A DNA stretch of 64,000 bases, from positions 62,808,001 to 62,872,000 of the forward strand of contig NC_045707.1 of NCBI RefSeq assembly GCF_009834535.1, in the 5' to 3' direction. The position numbers were made by a program, and so were the translations under genes. This document shows positions 26,365 through 38,659 of this stretch, one piece after another. Each line of letters begins with the position of its first letter. Position 1 is the first letter of the stretch. Origin of the DNA: Camelus ferus (taxonomy: Eukaryota). Below the pieces are notes generated by a model, which was given only the letters and a program-made list of their open reading frames with translations, had not been told where the DNA came from and searched no databases.

Positions 26365-26554
26365 AGACACTATTAAGGAAATCAAAAGATAAGCCAACTA
26401 CTAAGGAAAAATAGTTGCAAAATACATATCTGATAAAGGACTTGTGACCAAAACAAAGAACTCTTAAAACTCAAAATAAGGAAACAAACAATGCCATTTA
26501 AAACTGGGCAAAGGATTTGAACAGCCACCTTACCAGAAAAATGTATACGTGTGG

Positions 26555-27335
26555 TGTCAGCAAACCTGGCGGTACAGATAACTCCATAGTACCATCTCTC
26601 CAAAGTAACATCTCAAAATCAAGCAAAAACTGTCAGCATAAACATCATCAGAACTACAGAAAACTGTCAAAGGTCTACAGCAGCCAAGAAAATGTTCAAA
26701 CAGGAGCAAGACAGCTTTATAATTATAAGAAAGCTTTGCAATATTTTTACTTGCTCTGCCGTACAGTCCTCTCCAGCTCAGTGGCATTCTCGAGGATGGC
26801 AGCCCATACTGCCTGTGTAAGGACCCTGTTCTCTGGTCCTGGAGGGAGCAGAGCTGAACCTGTTCTTAAAGAACCGTGTTTGTCTGCTTTGACCTGCCTG
26901 GAAGCTGCCTGAAGGACCAACACAAGGTGTATGTCTTTGTTTCTCCTAACTCAGAATTTACTCGTGGCAGACTCACTCATCATTCCTCAAAAATATTCTA
27001 AAAGAGATGTACAGCTTGCTGCCACTTGGGACGAAAGATTACAGTAGAGGCCAACAAAGAATTGCTGAAATCCTGGGAGGAAACGCTGGAGAGAGAGTTT
27101 GGGAAATTAGGGTATTCAGAAGAGCTAGGGTATTTGGGAAATCATGCACGTGTGCATGTCTAGGGCAGGACGCATGCTCAGAAAAGACCTGAGAAGACTC
27201 TTAAGTTTTCATCTCTGACTAATCTGTAGTCTTGATGCAAACAGGAAGTTAAGGCTAAGTCAGAGTTGTAAGTGATCTCCCCGGTTAAGTGCTGAAAGGC
27301 TCCACCACAGAGCCCATCTGCAACACATGGGACTT
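26555..27335 (+). mobile_element. LINE-1 5'UTR fragment (L1M4/L1MB-type)
   Basis: 'tggagggagcagagc...gtgtttgtctgctttgacctgcctggaagctgcctgaaggac...cctaactcagaa' and 'gggcaggacgcatgctcagaaaagacctgagaagac' resemble L1M4-type 5' ends. Confidence 0.7.
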
Positions 27336-27359
27336 TTTCTGTTTGTTGGTTTTGTAAGT

Positions 27360-27560
27360 TTTTCTTTATTATTATTCAGTTAAAAATATTTTCTGATTTC
27401 CTGTATGATTTCTTCTTTGGCCTATGAGTTATCCAGAATCGCTTAATTTCCAAATATTTGGGGATTTTCTTGCTATTCCTCTTGATTTCTATTTAATACC
27501 ATTGCAGTCAGAAAACAAAATTTTGTCTGTTTTAATCATATGAGATGAACTGAGATGTGG
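27360..27560 (-). mobile_element. Inverted LINE-1 ORF2 fragment
   Basis: 'gatttcttctttggcctatgagttat...ttaatttccaaatatttggggattttc...ttgatttctatttaataccattgcagtcagaaaaca'. Confidence 0.75.
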
Positions 27561-28720
27561 TGGGACCCAGTTTCATAGATAAGCAATAGGATAAGGCAAG
27601 AATGGTCCATGAGGTAATGGACTAGAGCTGGAGACATAAATATGAGCTCATGTTTAGCTTAAAGATATTATTGGTTACATATAGAAATATATAAAGGCAG
27701 GTATAGTACACACACATATATTTCCTTACTCTGTCAGCCAAAGATATATAGAAGAAATGATACACAAAGGTAGCAATAAATAATATACCTAGATCTTGGT
27801 GTCTAATACCATACTTCCTTATAAGGAGCCAGGGATCCTTGGCAAAACGAATGACTAGAAATGGAGCAGAAACTGCATGAGATGAGGCTTGAGCATCTTG
27901 CAGTATCAGAAAGTAAGGAAGTTAAAAAACAAACAAACACATAATAATGGCGGTAAATCAAGGAAACAGAAGTCAAATGAAAGAACTTTCAATGTCCAAA
28001 GCTGGAAAAATTTGAGCAACAAAATACATTAAATAGTATTAGACTGTAACCTAAAGTTTCAGTGAGTCCATACTGATATAAATGAATGATTGAATAAATA
28101 AACAAAGGAGGATGAGGGACAAATGTCTGGAGGGGAAGTAAATATCCAAATGCCTTAAATGTGGACTGCCCCTAGTGACTTCCCTCAAAAGAGTACAGAA
28201 TATATAAAAGGAAAAAGGAATTGTAACTTTACAGCAGAAGGACTGCAAACACAACCTCATCCAAGTGATCAAGTCAAGTTGATAGAACAGTTTACCTTTG
28301 TGATCTTCCTCCCCTAAACCTACAATTCCAGCCTAATCATTAGAGGAAAAAAAAATTTTTTTTTAATTCCAATAGAGGGATATGCTAAAATATATCTGAC
28401 CAATAATCCTCAAAATTGTCAAGGTCATCAAAAACAAGGAGAGTTTGAGAAGCTGTCACAGGCATGAGGAGCACTAAGGAAACATGACAGCTAAATGGGA
28501 TACAGCATGCTACATGGAAATCCTGAAACAGGATTTTTAGATTAGGTAAAATCTAAAGAAATCTGAGTAAAGTACAGATTTAATTAAATTATTCTTTTTC
28601 CAATAAATATCACAGTAACATGTAATATTCATAGTAGGGTTTAGGGTGTACGGAAGTACTACTTATTCACAGTTTTTGTTTAAATATAAAACTTCTAAAA
28701 AAATAAAATTTATTTTAAAA
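27560..28720 (+). mobile_element. LINE-1 3'UTR (L1MD2/3-like)
   Basis: 'gtaatggactagagctggagacat', 'agatcttggtgtctaataccat', 'ccaaagctggaaaaatttgagcaacaaaata', 'ctcaaaattgtcaaggtcatcaaaaacaagga', ending in aataaa and an A-rich tail. Confidence 0.82.
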
Positions 28721-29464
28721 AGATAAAAGAGCTCTCTTCACAAAAATATGTGCTCACACATGCAGTTTCCTGTGTGCGAGGCTGGGGTGGGTGTGGATGG
28801 AGAGAGCTCCTAAGCACCAGGAAACAGTGCACTTGAGGAGAAAGGATATGAAAGCAGCATCCTTATAAAAGGTAATTATCCAATGAGTAGTTCCATGACT
28901 GGGTTGAGTGCCCACCATCATGCTGTGCATTTTTAAGACTAGGGACTGCTCATTATTAAGAACTGTCATTTTATACCACCTCTCCCATGGGGGGTGGGCA
29001 CCACAGAAGAAGCTAGACATTCCGAAATTCTAAACAGATTGCTGAACAGATACTCTTCTGACCTTATTTGTGTTCTTATCTCTGCAAAAACTCCTGCTTT
29101 CACTTCTCCCTTGCTGCTCGTAGCCTAGTGTGCATATAATCCTCCTTGAGGCTGATGACATCAAAGCCTTAAGAAGACCTATGATTGACACAGTAAAAAC
29201 AGGCATGTGCTTGACCAGTCAAGCTGAACTGCTTGCATAACCTGTGACCAACGCTGCGTGATACTCAGCATTAGTTCTGAGTTAGACTGGTGAGATCTTC
29301 CTATAGCCCTGATTCCTCATCCATGCCCCCCAAGCAGAGTTGTTCTGCATAAATTAGTATATAGAGAAGACTAGATGTAGAGCAGTTTTATTTGCATGTG
29401 AAATAGGTTATCTACAAATTGGCTGACGGCACCCACCAACGAGGAGAAAGATATTTTAAACAAT

Positions 29465-31200
29465 AAGAGGGCTTCCACTTCCAGTTAGGATTTAAAATGT
29501 AATACTGCTGGTCTACCCATAAAAATGAAAACAATCTGAACAAGTTTTAAATATGTTTATGTAAACAGTACTTTGAAATAGATTCAGATTCAGAGAGATG
29601 AGAATGTTAAAAAAAAAAAGTCAAAATGAGCTAATCCGGAAAGGGAGACGTCCATGGTGTACGAGACGATGTCATCAGTGCTTTCATCCCTGCTGAAGTG
29701 GAAGAAGAAAGAAGTTTCCACAGTAGACTGAGGACAGAAGACACCAGACAAATTCACATCGAACTTGTTAAGGCCACGTTTGGGCTGACATAGTGAATTT
29801 GACTCCCAAAGAGCCGCAAACACACAGCCAGTCGTATCTGAGACAGGAGGGAAGGGGGCAGGGCACAGCCACTCAAGGAATGACAGCAATTTAACACCAA
29901 AATGGTGGAAGATTCCCCTCCTAGTTGGCCTTGAGGATTAAGAGGTTTAAATTCTAACAGAACTTGAGCTTCATTATATGCTCATTGTAACAGCGTGATC
30001 AAATAACATGCTCGCAGGTGCCGTGACAGCCCCAAGGCTAACCACAAAAGGCCAAAGAATGGGCGGTGGCCCAATTTCTGGGAGTCTCAGCCCCTTCTCC
30101 AGGGCAGTTGGAATGGTCTTACCTGTAGGCGTGTGAAGCTACTGAGCCCATAAAAACTGACACCACCACGCCTAGTGGCCTGTTTTACCCACTCCCTCCT
30201 CTTTGGATTCAGCCCGCACTCTGTCTATGGAGTGTGTGCCTACTTTTACTTTAACCTGAGCACCCAATTCCCACACCTCCTTCCTGGCCTTTCTCTTGCC
30301 TTACACTCTATGCAGTATGGATCTCTGTAAATAAATCTACCTTTACTCAACAGTGGCTCACACTTGAATTCCTTCCTGTGAGAAGCCAAGGACCCACATT
30401 TGTTGGGGGCACAACCCATGGGCTCAACTGAGACCTGGAACGTGGCCCCCCTCACACCCCACGTCCGTTTTTCCTGCATCATATTCACCTATCAACTCTT
30501 TTCGTAGACCTACAGCAAACTGAGGAGTAGTAGACCAAAGACTGGGTTCGAGGTGAAATAACTGGGAGACCCTTCTAGAGGCAAGGGGGGCCTTGCACTC
30601 AACAAAGCAACACTTGACTGAAGAATGGAGTCAGGACAAGAGAGCTGAAAGGAAATTCCAAGAAGCCCTCTCTGCCTTAACCAACTTTAAGGGAACAGCT
30701 GCAGAAATCTAATAACACATTTAAACGAGTAAACACACCTTAAACAATTATTGATCATGCAGAACAAAATCGGACAATGCACTGTGAGGTTTTTAGCATA
30801 TGAAGAAGTATCAAATTTGACCGGAGTTAAAAGGGAGGGAAGGGCAAATGGAATACTATTGTAAGGCTAAAACATTTGCCATGAAGTTACATAATATTAT
30901 TTAAACCTAGGTTGTGGTGTTCTAGACAAATCTTATAAACTTGATATTAACCACTCAAATACAAAACAAAAAAGTATAGCTATTTAACTGACTGAGGAGA
31001 TAAAATGTGAAAAAAAAAATGTTCAGCTCACTGAAAAAAGTCAGGAAAGGAGAAACAGAGAAACAGAATAGATGAATTAAATATAAAAACCAATAGAAGC
31101 GCATGAATAATAATAGTAAATACAAATGGACTAAGCACTCCAGGCGATTGTCAGATTAGATATGAATGATCCAACTACATGGTGCGTGTAAGAAATGCTA
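29465..31200 (+). mobile_element. Old L1ME-like 5'/ORF1-ORF2-junction remnant interrupted by an LTR
   Basis: Start 'gcttccacttccagt'; A-rich inter-ORF sequence and 'gtaaatacaaatggactaagcactcc...gattgtcagattaga...atgatccaactacatg' typical of the ORF2 start. Confidence 0.6.
29839..30481 (+). mobile_element. ERV1 solo LTR, MER41-like, copy 1
   Basis: TG...CA termini, AATAAA near 30330, flanks tatc/tatt (4-bp TSD, one mismatch); MER41-type blocks 'cattatatgctcattgtaa', 'cccataaaaact', 'ctctgtctatggagt', 'gaattccttcctgtgagaagccaaggaccc'; end-to-end homology with 52234-52863. Confidence 0.85.
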
Positions 31201-31204
31201 TAGA

Positions 31205-31935
31205 ATTTCCGGTTTCAGTTCTAACATGTAAAGAACTACTTTCAACCAGGCAACCAGAAAAAGTGGAAAAAACTGAAAATTGGTGACTTTTCTTGAACCC
31301 CTAAGAGATCTGAGAACAAGCCACCACCTTTAAATCTGTGAAGAGACAGACAGCATCTTAGAGAGATACAACTGAAGCCTGTTTCCCTAAAGCAGAAGCC
31401 GCTCGAGCCGTAAACTTGTAGAGACACTTAACGGGAAAAGTGACTAGTGGAGGCTGATGATGGACTAGCCAGAGGGCGAGAAACTCCTGAGGGCTGCATT
31501 TGTGGGTGGGAGGGGATACACCTGTGTTTTTCCTCCGGAAACCCCCCAGGTTCTCACAGTAAGAATCCAAGGGATTCCCCAGGTGGCTCTGGAAGGGAAG
31601 GGCAAGAGAAGCCACTTTGAAATACACTTAAGAGTCTTTTCCACAACAAAGACCTGATCTCCAGGGGAAAGGGCTTGGCCAGAGCACATCTGGAACCCAG
31701 AAAGAGAATTCCTTTCCATTCAGGGCTTTCAGGAAACAGATTGGAAAACCCCGTCAAAAAGAAAGTAGGGGGAAGAGAGAATCAAAGCTGTGCCACTTGA
31801 GGAACACTTGTGAAGGTCACAACCCCAAGAAACAGGGCCACTAAAAGACTAGATTATTCAGAAAATTCTAAAATGCTCCTGCTCTCCCACCTACAACCAC
31901 ACCAACGGGGCACCAGCAGAGTGACAGTGCATTAT
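31205..31935 (+). mobile_element. LINE-1 5' end (L1MD-like), related to 23150-23880
   Basis: Shares blocks with the 23150 element: ttccggtttcagttctaacatg vs ttccagttttagctcaaacatg; acacttgtgaaggtcacaacc vs acacttgtgtaagtcacaatcc. Confidence 0.75.
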
Positions 31936-32089
31936 AAGATTCTATTCTCAGCATAAGTTCTTCCACAGAACTTCCTTCAAGGCTTACAGAGATCAGTGAC
32001 AAATTACCAGGTTTCTATATCAGTCTCTACTTCCCTGTCCATTTCTGTCCCTTCTCTACCACAACACTCTTCTCTGTTTCATTCATAGA

Positions 32090-32290
32090 CGCAGCACTGT
32101 ATGTATTTGAAGAGTACAGGTTTTTCTCTTGTCTTTGCAATTTGCTATTCACATGACTTTAAACAAATTGCTCCTACTTCAGGGTGTCACAGTTTCATTA
32201 TCTGTCAAATGGGGACCATGCTTCTGATTCAGCTCACTAAATTTCTGTAGGCATTGCCTAACTAATGAAATAAAAGTGCTTCAGAAAGCA
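32090..32290 (+). mobile_element. MIR SINE
   Basis: 'atgactttaaacaaattgc...cagtttcattatctgtcaaatgggga'. Confidence 0.65.
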
Positions 32291-32949
32291 GAGTACTTCA
32301 TGCATTTCTCAAACTTCATAAGAAGGCAGTTTGATAGTTAGTAAAAAGCAAGTTGTCTGTAACTGTCTGTCTCGAGCCTCTGCAGGCTTTCCTACGCGTG
32401 CGTGTGTGTGTGTATCCTGCATCACTCTCATTATTTCCCTCCTATTAACTGGTACTAGAGAAACATCAGAGACTTATTTTTTCTTCTTTCAGAAGTATCT
32501 TCCTTGTAAAGAAACTAGAGCATAAAAATAAACATGCCAAAATAATGAAAGACAGTATACTGTGGTTTTATGTCTTATAGGAATTGTGAAAAAAAAAATC
32601 AAAGAAAGGAACATACAAGGTATTCTCAGCTGTTTCAATGGTTAATTCCTCTAGTTTGGAGAGGCCATAGGATAAGAATTCTGTTTTGTTTTAATTTGAT
32701 GGGTCACATCTATTCTTCCTTATGCAGTCATACATCATATTCTTTAGTTTGATGTCCACAATTAGAATGAATTCCACCAGAGGTTGTGGTGGAAGATATA
32801 ACTATGGACCAGAGGAATGTAACCCAAATTACTTCCTTTGGTACACTACTGTATCACAAGATGTAACAAAGGATGTCAAAATCAAGTAGATCAGTGATGA
32901 TGTATCCACTTCTTGAATAGCCACAATGTACTTTAATGTATTCAAAGAT

Positions 32950-33072
32950 CATGCATTCATTCATGGAAGATTTACTGAATGCCACTGTGTCAGGAAGTTT
33001 TCTAGATTCTGATGGCAAAGAATTAAGCAAAACAGACTAAAATTTCTGCTTTTGGAAATCCATAGTCTACTG
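32950..33072 (-). mobile_element. LINE-2 3' end
   Basis: 'cattcattcatggaagatttactgaatgccactgtgtcagg...aaaacagac...atagtctact'. Confidence 0.7.
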
Positions 33073-34154
33073 TGTACGGGAAACCCCTATTTCACAAAAG
33101 AAGCATAATTTAATCCGGGTTAACCTAGCATATCCTAAACTTCCATAAACTCTCCCCCTAGAAGATAAATTAAAAGATCATGGGTATCTCAGTGTTACTT
33201 GGAACAGAATTTTGAAAGTGATGATGGTGGAAAAATCAGCTCTTTTGAATCCATGGCTTCCATCTCTTTAATATTTGCCTAACTATATCAGAAATAAACA
33301 TCATGACTGGTATATACTCAACCTGTACAGATTGCCTAATAGACCCTCTGCTGGGCATTACACATTATGTTTGTGAATTCTGAGTTATCACATGACCTCC
33401 CAACGGATCTCAGTTTGTTACATTTAAGATTAATGAGGCATTGGATAGCCATTAAGAAGCTATTTAAGAATATGCATTTAATTAAAATGAATTACGTATA
33501 TGAGTTAATACCATTCAACCTTTTTAATTTAGAGAGATAAATCATGGCTATTTCACTCCTGAGAAGGGTCCTAACATTGGCAAATTGAATATTGATGTTG
33601 CAATGGCCAAATAATTAATATTGGTCAGATTCATCCATAATGGGTATATCCTGAGACTTTGCCTACCAGAGAAAATTAAATATTTCTTTTTTAGTTGACT
33701 ATGTGTATGCACTTGCACATCTAATGAGCTACAATGTGTGGTTCAATGTTACTTATATATAATCTCTGAATACAAAGCAAATGGTAACATCAATTCTCAA
33801 GAAAATACTGACCAGCCATAGCCTGAACTTATTCATCAGCATTAGTGACCCAGGATGAATGTTTCCTTTAAACACAAACTGCTTTTCATATGCAACATAG
33901 TTTTCATCTATTGACTTAGTAATGCTTCCAGAGGCTTTCATTTTTCGGCCCAAGGGAAATGATGCCAATACTTTAATTCCACCAAGTTTGTATTCAAAAC
34001 ATCGTCTATCCAAAGGATGGATATTTGAATGCCCTGATGGACAGAAATTCCTTATGTTGCACATCTCATAGTGCCTCTTAAAGCAGGTGCTCCATCTATT
34101 CATAATGAGTTCAGTTGAACGAAGACAAGAAATATGGATAACAGAAATAGATCT

Positions 34155-34370
34155 GAGAGCTAACATTTGCTGAGAGATTAAACTATTCCAAATACTTCCC
34201 TTGAAGTAGTTTATTAAATCCTCACAGTAATCATACTGGTTCTCCTCATTCTATAGATGAGGAAATGGAGACATAAAAGGTTAAGAACATGAAAGATCAC
34301 AAAGCTGGTAACTGTTAAAGCCTAGTATCGAATTCCAGCAGTCTGACTCAAGCCTGATTAAGCTTTGCTG
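34155..34370 (-). mobile_element. MIR SINE
   Basis: 'aaatcctcacagtaa...cattctatagatgaggaaatggagacataaaaggttaag...cagtctgactc'. Confidence 0.8.
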
Positions 34371-35449
34371 TGCTGGCTTAGTAAATGTACAGTATCTGCC
34401 AGTGTTATGAAGTCTAAAGAACTCACAGTCCATCTCTTTTGTTGGCTTCTCATTCACTCTCAATGAAGTTAGTAACTTCATATGACTCGTGACCAATCCA
34501 TTCTGAGTCCTGTGTGTGCTCTATGTTATTTTTCTACTCTAATTACTCACAAGCACATATCCTTTGTGCCTACAAGCTTAAGGAAATATACCTTGAAATC
34601 TTGAAATACGTGTGTATACACAAACACGTTTAGTGTCTAGTAGGCACTCAACTATGAAGAGACGAAATTTTACATAAGCTCTTAGGTCTTTATAGAATCA
34701 GAATTCTTTCCTTAAAAAAAAAAAAAGAAGAAGAAAAATAATATTCAAATAGAAGTTTCCTTTTAGAAATGGAAAGAACCTATTACTTACCCAGAGGGGA
34801 GTAGTGGAATGTCAAGACTAATGTGATTACAGTTTTCTAAACACATTTCATTTGGTTTTCAATCACCACCATCACAACCGCAGCCGTCAGACTACAAGCA
34901 TAGCAATAACTGAAAAGGCTTGTATCGCGTGGTTTATGCTGTACGATCACCACGAGCGTCACAGCAGTTTAATCAATAAAGCAGCGCAAGCTGTGAACAA
35001 TTATAATAAAACACCTTAAGAAGGATCCACAATTAAAAGGTAGAGGGGGGAAAAAGCCCTTCAGTTTGGATAAACCAATCTGCCACTCAGTTTGATAGAG
35101 TTCAGCTGAATGTTCTGACACCCTCATGGCATCTATCAGCAGGAAGATCTGTAGCCCCGAATCTAAATTAATTCTTCAGGTTGTACAACAGCAAAGAATC
35201 ATAAGCCTCTACTTACATATGCAGGAGTATTACTTGTAACTCAACAATCGAATTCCTACTGAAATTTCACATTGTAATTGACAAAGGTATCTAGATTGAT
35301 TTTTAACAAGTGGTTTGAAATATATTTCTAAACTATGACAGCTCTTCACTTTAATATATAAAAATTGATAGACCCATGCTTACCATTAATTTAAAAATGT
35401 ATAGGGATCCCTTATAATTTGCTAGACAGCAGAGACTGAAAGTAAGTAA

Positions 35450-35890
35450 AACAAATTCATCGCTCTGTGGGGGGCTTGCAGTTTATGATGGTCTGTTCCA
35501 CACTAAACTTGAAGAAGGAGTTAGTGAGGAGAGAAGAGGGGCGATGGGGCATACATACAGGTTGGTCCAGACAAAAGGAAACCATGAGTAAAACATGACT
35601 GCTTAAAATATCTTAAAGTAGTTGCGGGGGGGAAAGGAGGCATGTGGGAAAGTAGTGGTATATGAAGCTGGATATTGAAAGATCTTAAGCCAGAGAGTGA
35701 CATGATTTGAGTTTACAAGTTGCAATTTAGAAATAATGCTCTGGCTCCAGTGACAAGAATAGATAAAAAGGAGCAAAATTAGAGAATGTTACATTGTTTC
35801 AAAGTAGAAGTGATGAAGAGTTGAATTTTCTCAGGCACCTCGGCCGGTGTGAGTGAGCTGGACTCATTTGAAGGGTCTAGAACAGAGGGT
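35450..35890 (-). mobile_element. LINE-2 fragment
   Basis: 'ttgaaagatcttaagccagagagtgacatgattt...ttagaaataatgctctggct...gtagaagtgatgaagagttgaa'. Confidence 0.55.
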
Positions 35891-36429
35891 AGGATAGGAG
35901 TGTGGGGAGTTTTTGTAGGGCAGGCCTCCTGGTTTTACTTCTTAAGCTTTTTTTCTTCACATCTGTTCATTAAGAGAAGAGATAAATAGTATCTCCTATG
36001 TAGATATACTTCCAAACACTGGTTCATGTATCTTTATACCATTCCTTGGACATCTAGACATCATCTCTCTCATCTTCATATTCCCTTAGTTGCTGGCTGG
36101 CGTGCAGGGGTGAAGGTGGTTCTAAGACCTAAGAGTAATACCAAGGATGGAAATTTACTGCAGAAGCAGGTGCATTAGGAGATGGTGACATTAGATGAAA
36201 AACCCACAGTGAGTAAAGGACATGTTGTCAGAAGCAAATGTAGCTATAGTAGGAACACTCAAAATCTACACACATCTGGCTGAGTCCTCAGAGTCGGCAG
36301 TAGACTGGCTGATTACAAATAGGAAAGTTGGAAGAGTAACTTCCCAAACTGTTATGCTAGATGAGGGCACTGATCTCTGGAATGATGCTGGTTTATTGCT
36401 TATTAATAAGTAATGGAATATTGCCCTCA

Positions 36430-36931
36430 TCATGGGTATGTTCTTCATAGGTCTCTCATGTTTCTGCACACCTTGTCAGCAGAGGCAATGACAACTTTTG
36501 TTTCAGACTCCTTTTACAAGGAGGTTTATATAGCAAACGGCTTTGGAAGCTAGAGATAGTGTCTCCTGGTTCAGAGAGCAGATTTGTTTGCCATCCAATA
36601 GAGCAAAGCTGATGCCTGATAATGAGAGATTGAACAGCTTTGTTTGCAATCCCTTTCAATGACTGGAGTTTCTTTAGCTCATCCTTAGCTACATTGCAAA
36701 TGGACCACATGCACAGCTTCCACCTGGCCACTTCACATTGGCTCTCATGGAACGTAGAGGACAAGGGAAAAGGGTGTGAACACACAGTTCACGCTGCCTG
36801 CTGAGGTGAGGGTAACAAAGTGTTTGACCTAGGAGTCTTATATCTTCTGCCAGAAACCATGAAACTGCGGCAGGCTGTCCTCTGGGCTTGCAAGCAGGGG
36901 AACACTCTCAAGTCCTTCAGTGTTCTTGACA
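36430..36931 (+). mobile_element. ERVL solo LTR (LTR40-like)
   Basis: 'ggtctctcatgtttctgcacaccttg...gcagaggca...tatagcaaacggctttggaagctagagatagtgtctcc' through 'tcttctgccag...ccatgaaactg...gcttgcaag...gttcttgaCA'; related to the antisense copy at 60627-61137. Confidence 0.85.
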
Positions 36932-38659
36932 AGGTGCTTATTTTATAATGGCACAACAAAAGAGCACCGCAGCTGTGCTCTCAGAACATTTTCGTCAGAG
37001 TTCTAGTTTTTAGGAATATGTCTGCTTTTAATTCACTTCATCATAGAAGGTAGTCCTGCCACATAATAAACTACTTGGTGGCATAAGGGAAGGCAAGGGG
37101 CAGTACAGTCAGAATAAGACATGTTTAAGTTCACTGTAGCCTGATTTCAGGGTCAGAATGGGAGCCTTTTAAAAAAGGTACCAACATAACTAAATTTTCT
37201 CCATGTGAATTCGTTTGTCTCTACTGCCCAGATGCTTGTCCCCAGACCAAATGTTCTGCTCGTGTACCATCCACCAGTTTCTATCTAGAATAGATCTTTG
37301 AATCTTTCACTCTTCTCAGCTTGAATTTACTGTTTCCTTTTGTCTGATTCTAGCTTCTCCTTGTGGTCTTCTCTAAGCTGTACTTTCACTTCTGGGTTTA
37401 GGAGTGTCAACCGTGCAGGTGGTCAACAAAATCCAACTGAAGCCCGTACATACGGTCGAACATGTGTTGCTGCAATGACTTTAAATAAAAGCTATCAAGT
37501 TACTAATGACAGAGTCTTATCTGTTCATTAACCTGTAAGGATATATTAATTCAGACAGACCTTCTCCACAACTAGATAAAATAATTGTGATCTTATAATC
37601 TGTGGATTCCAACCATGCTTATAATCAAATTAACATAATGCTAAGAAACATGAGCCTGGTTTAGAATCTAAGGACAGTAGATTATTAACATTAGATTCAT
37701 AAAAATTTCCTTAACATCAATTATGTATAGTCACAGAAAATGTACTGACTTCCCAGAGGAATATCAGTGAAGAAATTCAGAAATCTGACTGGAAACAGAT
37801 ATGGAATAAGTTCAAATAATTTAATAATTTATGCTTTAATAATTAAATTTCATGCTATTACCACTAATTTTTTTAAAAGAACTGTTATAATTTATATTAA
37901 TTTATATTGCTGACACATTTGGGACTCTTCAAAGCCATTATAAAATTTGCTCCATTATGTATGCAGTTGATAGAAAAACCAAAAGGCTAATGGTTTTTAA
38001 AAAGTCTCATTTTATTGGATATTACATGAGCCACCTGAAATCCTTTCTAAAATATAATTATTAAAAAACAGATTGATAATTAATGTGAACACATGTACAT
38101 CCAGTGGTTTGTGCTAGCAAGAAGGAGCCAACTGGGTTCTTTCAAAATTCTGTGTTTTGTGATCTCACATTAGAAGCCTGAACTTCACTGCAGTGGGAAT
38201 ATTCATATCACAGATGTCAGCAAACACCGAATATTAGGCCTTTTTTTCCTGGACAATCAGTGGCATAACCAGAATACATCTGTATTTACATTTTGAAACA
38301 AAAAAAAATGGAACTAAACAGTTTCTGATGACTTTAATATTCAATTTATTATTTAGGTATTATTCAACTCCTTTACTGGAAAAAAAAAAAAAAAAAAACC
38401 CAACATGTGCTCAGTTAGTAAGGCCATGGCAGTGATACTGAAAGTGTCAGTAGAAAACAGCCATTCACATGATTTTCTCCAAAGCCCTTCCTAAACCCAA
38501 TAGATATTTATATTTTTATAGTACAGAATGATAAAGCATGATTGTATACTGATAAATCTGGAAGCTTACAAATAGTTTTCTGGAATAATTTTGTCTTAGT
38601 GCCTTAACTGTAGCCCAGTTAACATTCAAATAATCAGAAACCTTTAATGAAAATCTGAA

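Larger units (their letters stand above)
23150..26545 (+). mobile_element. Old LINE-1 (L1MD-like): 5' end plus deleted ORF1/ORF2 remnants
   Basis: 5'UTR-like start 'cttccagttttagctcaaacatg'; ORF-track peptides IAIYHINRLKKKNQFIISVDAE (24856) and LNKYRDNFYLWIGRLNIIKI (25499) match L1 ORF2p RT-region motifs (HINR..KNHMIISIDAE; WIGRINIVK); many stops and frameshifts. Confidence 0.88.

Noticed and set aside
30246..30488. Similar ORFs 30246..30488(-) and 52609..52809(-) (KCGSLAS.RKEFK.EP) as a small gene family
   Set aside because: Both are antisense translations of the same LTR family; the similarity is repeat-derived.
33753..34166. Longest ORF in the track (137 aa, - strand)
   Set aside because: No recognisable domain, it starts inside a MIR, and it has no gene context; consistent with a chance ORF.
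36430..36931. Conserved enhancer or 109-aa ORF (36456..36785)
   Set aside because: The sequence matches an LTR40-like LTR, also present antisense at 60627-61137.
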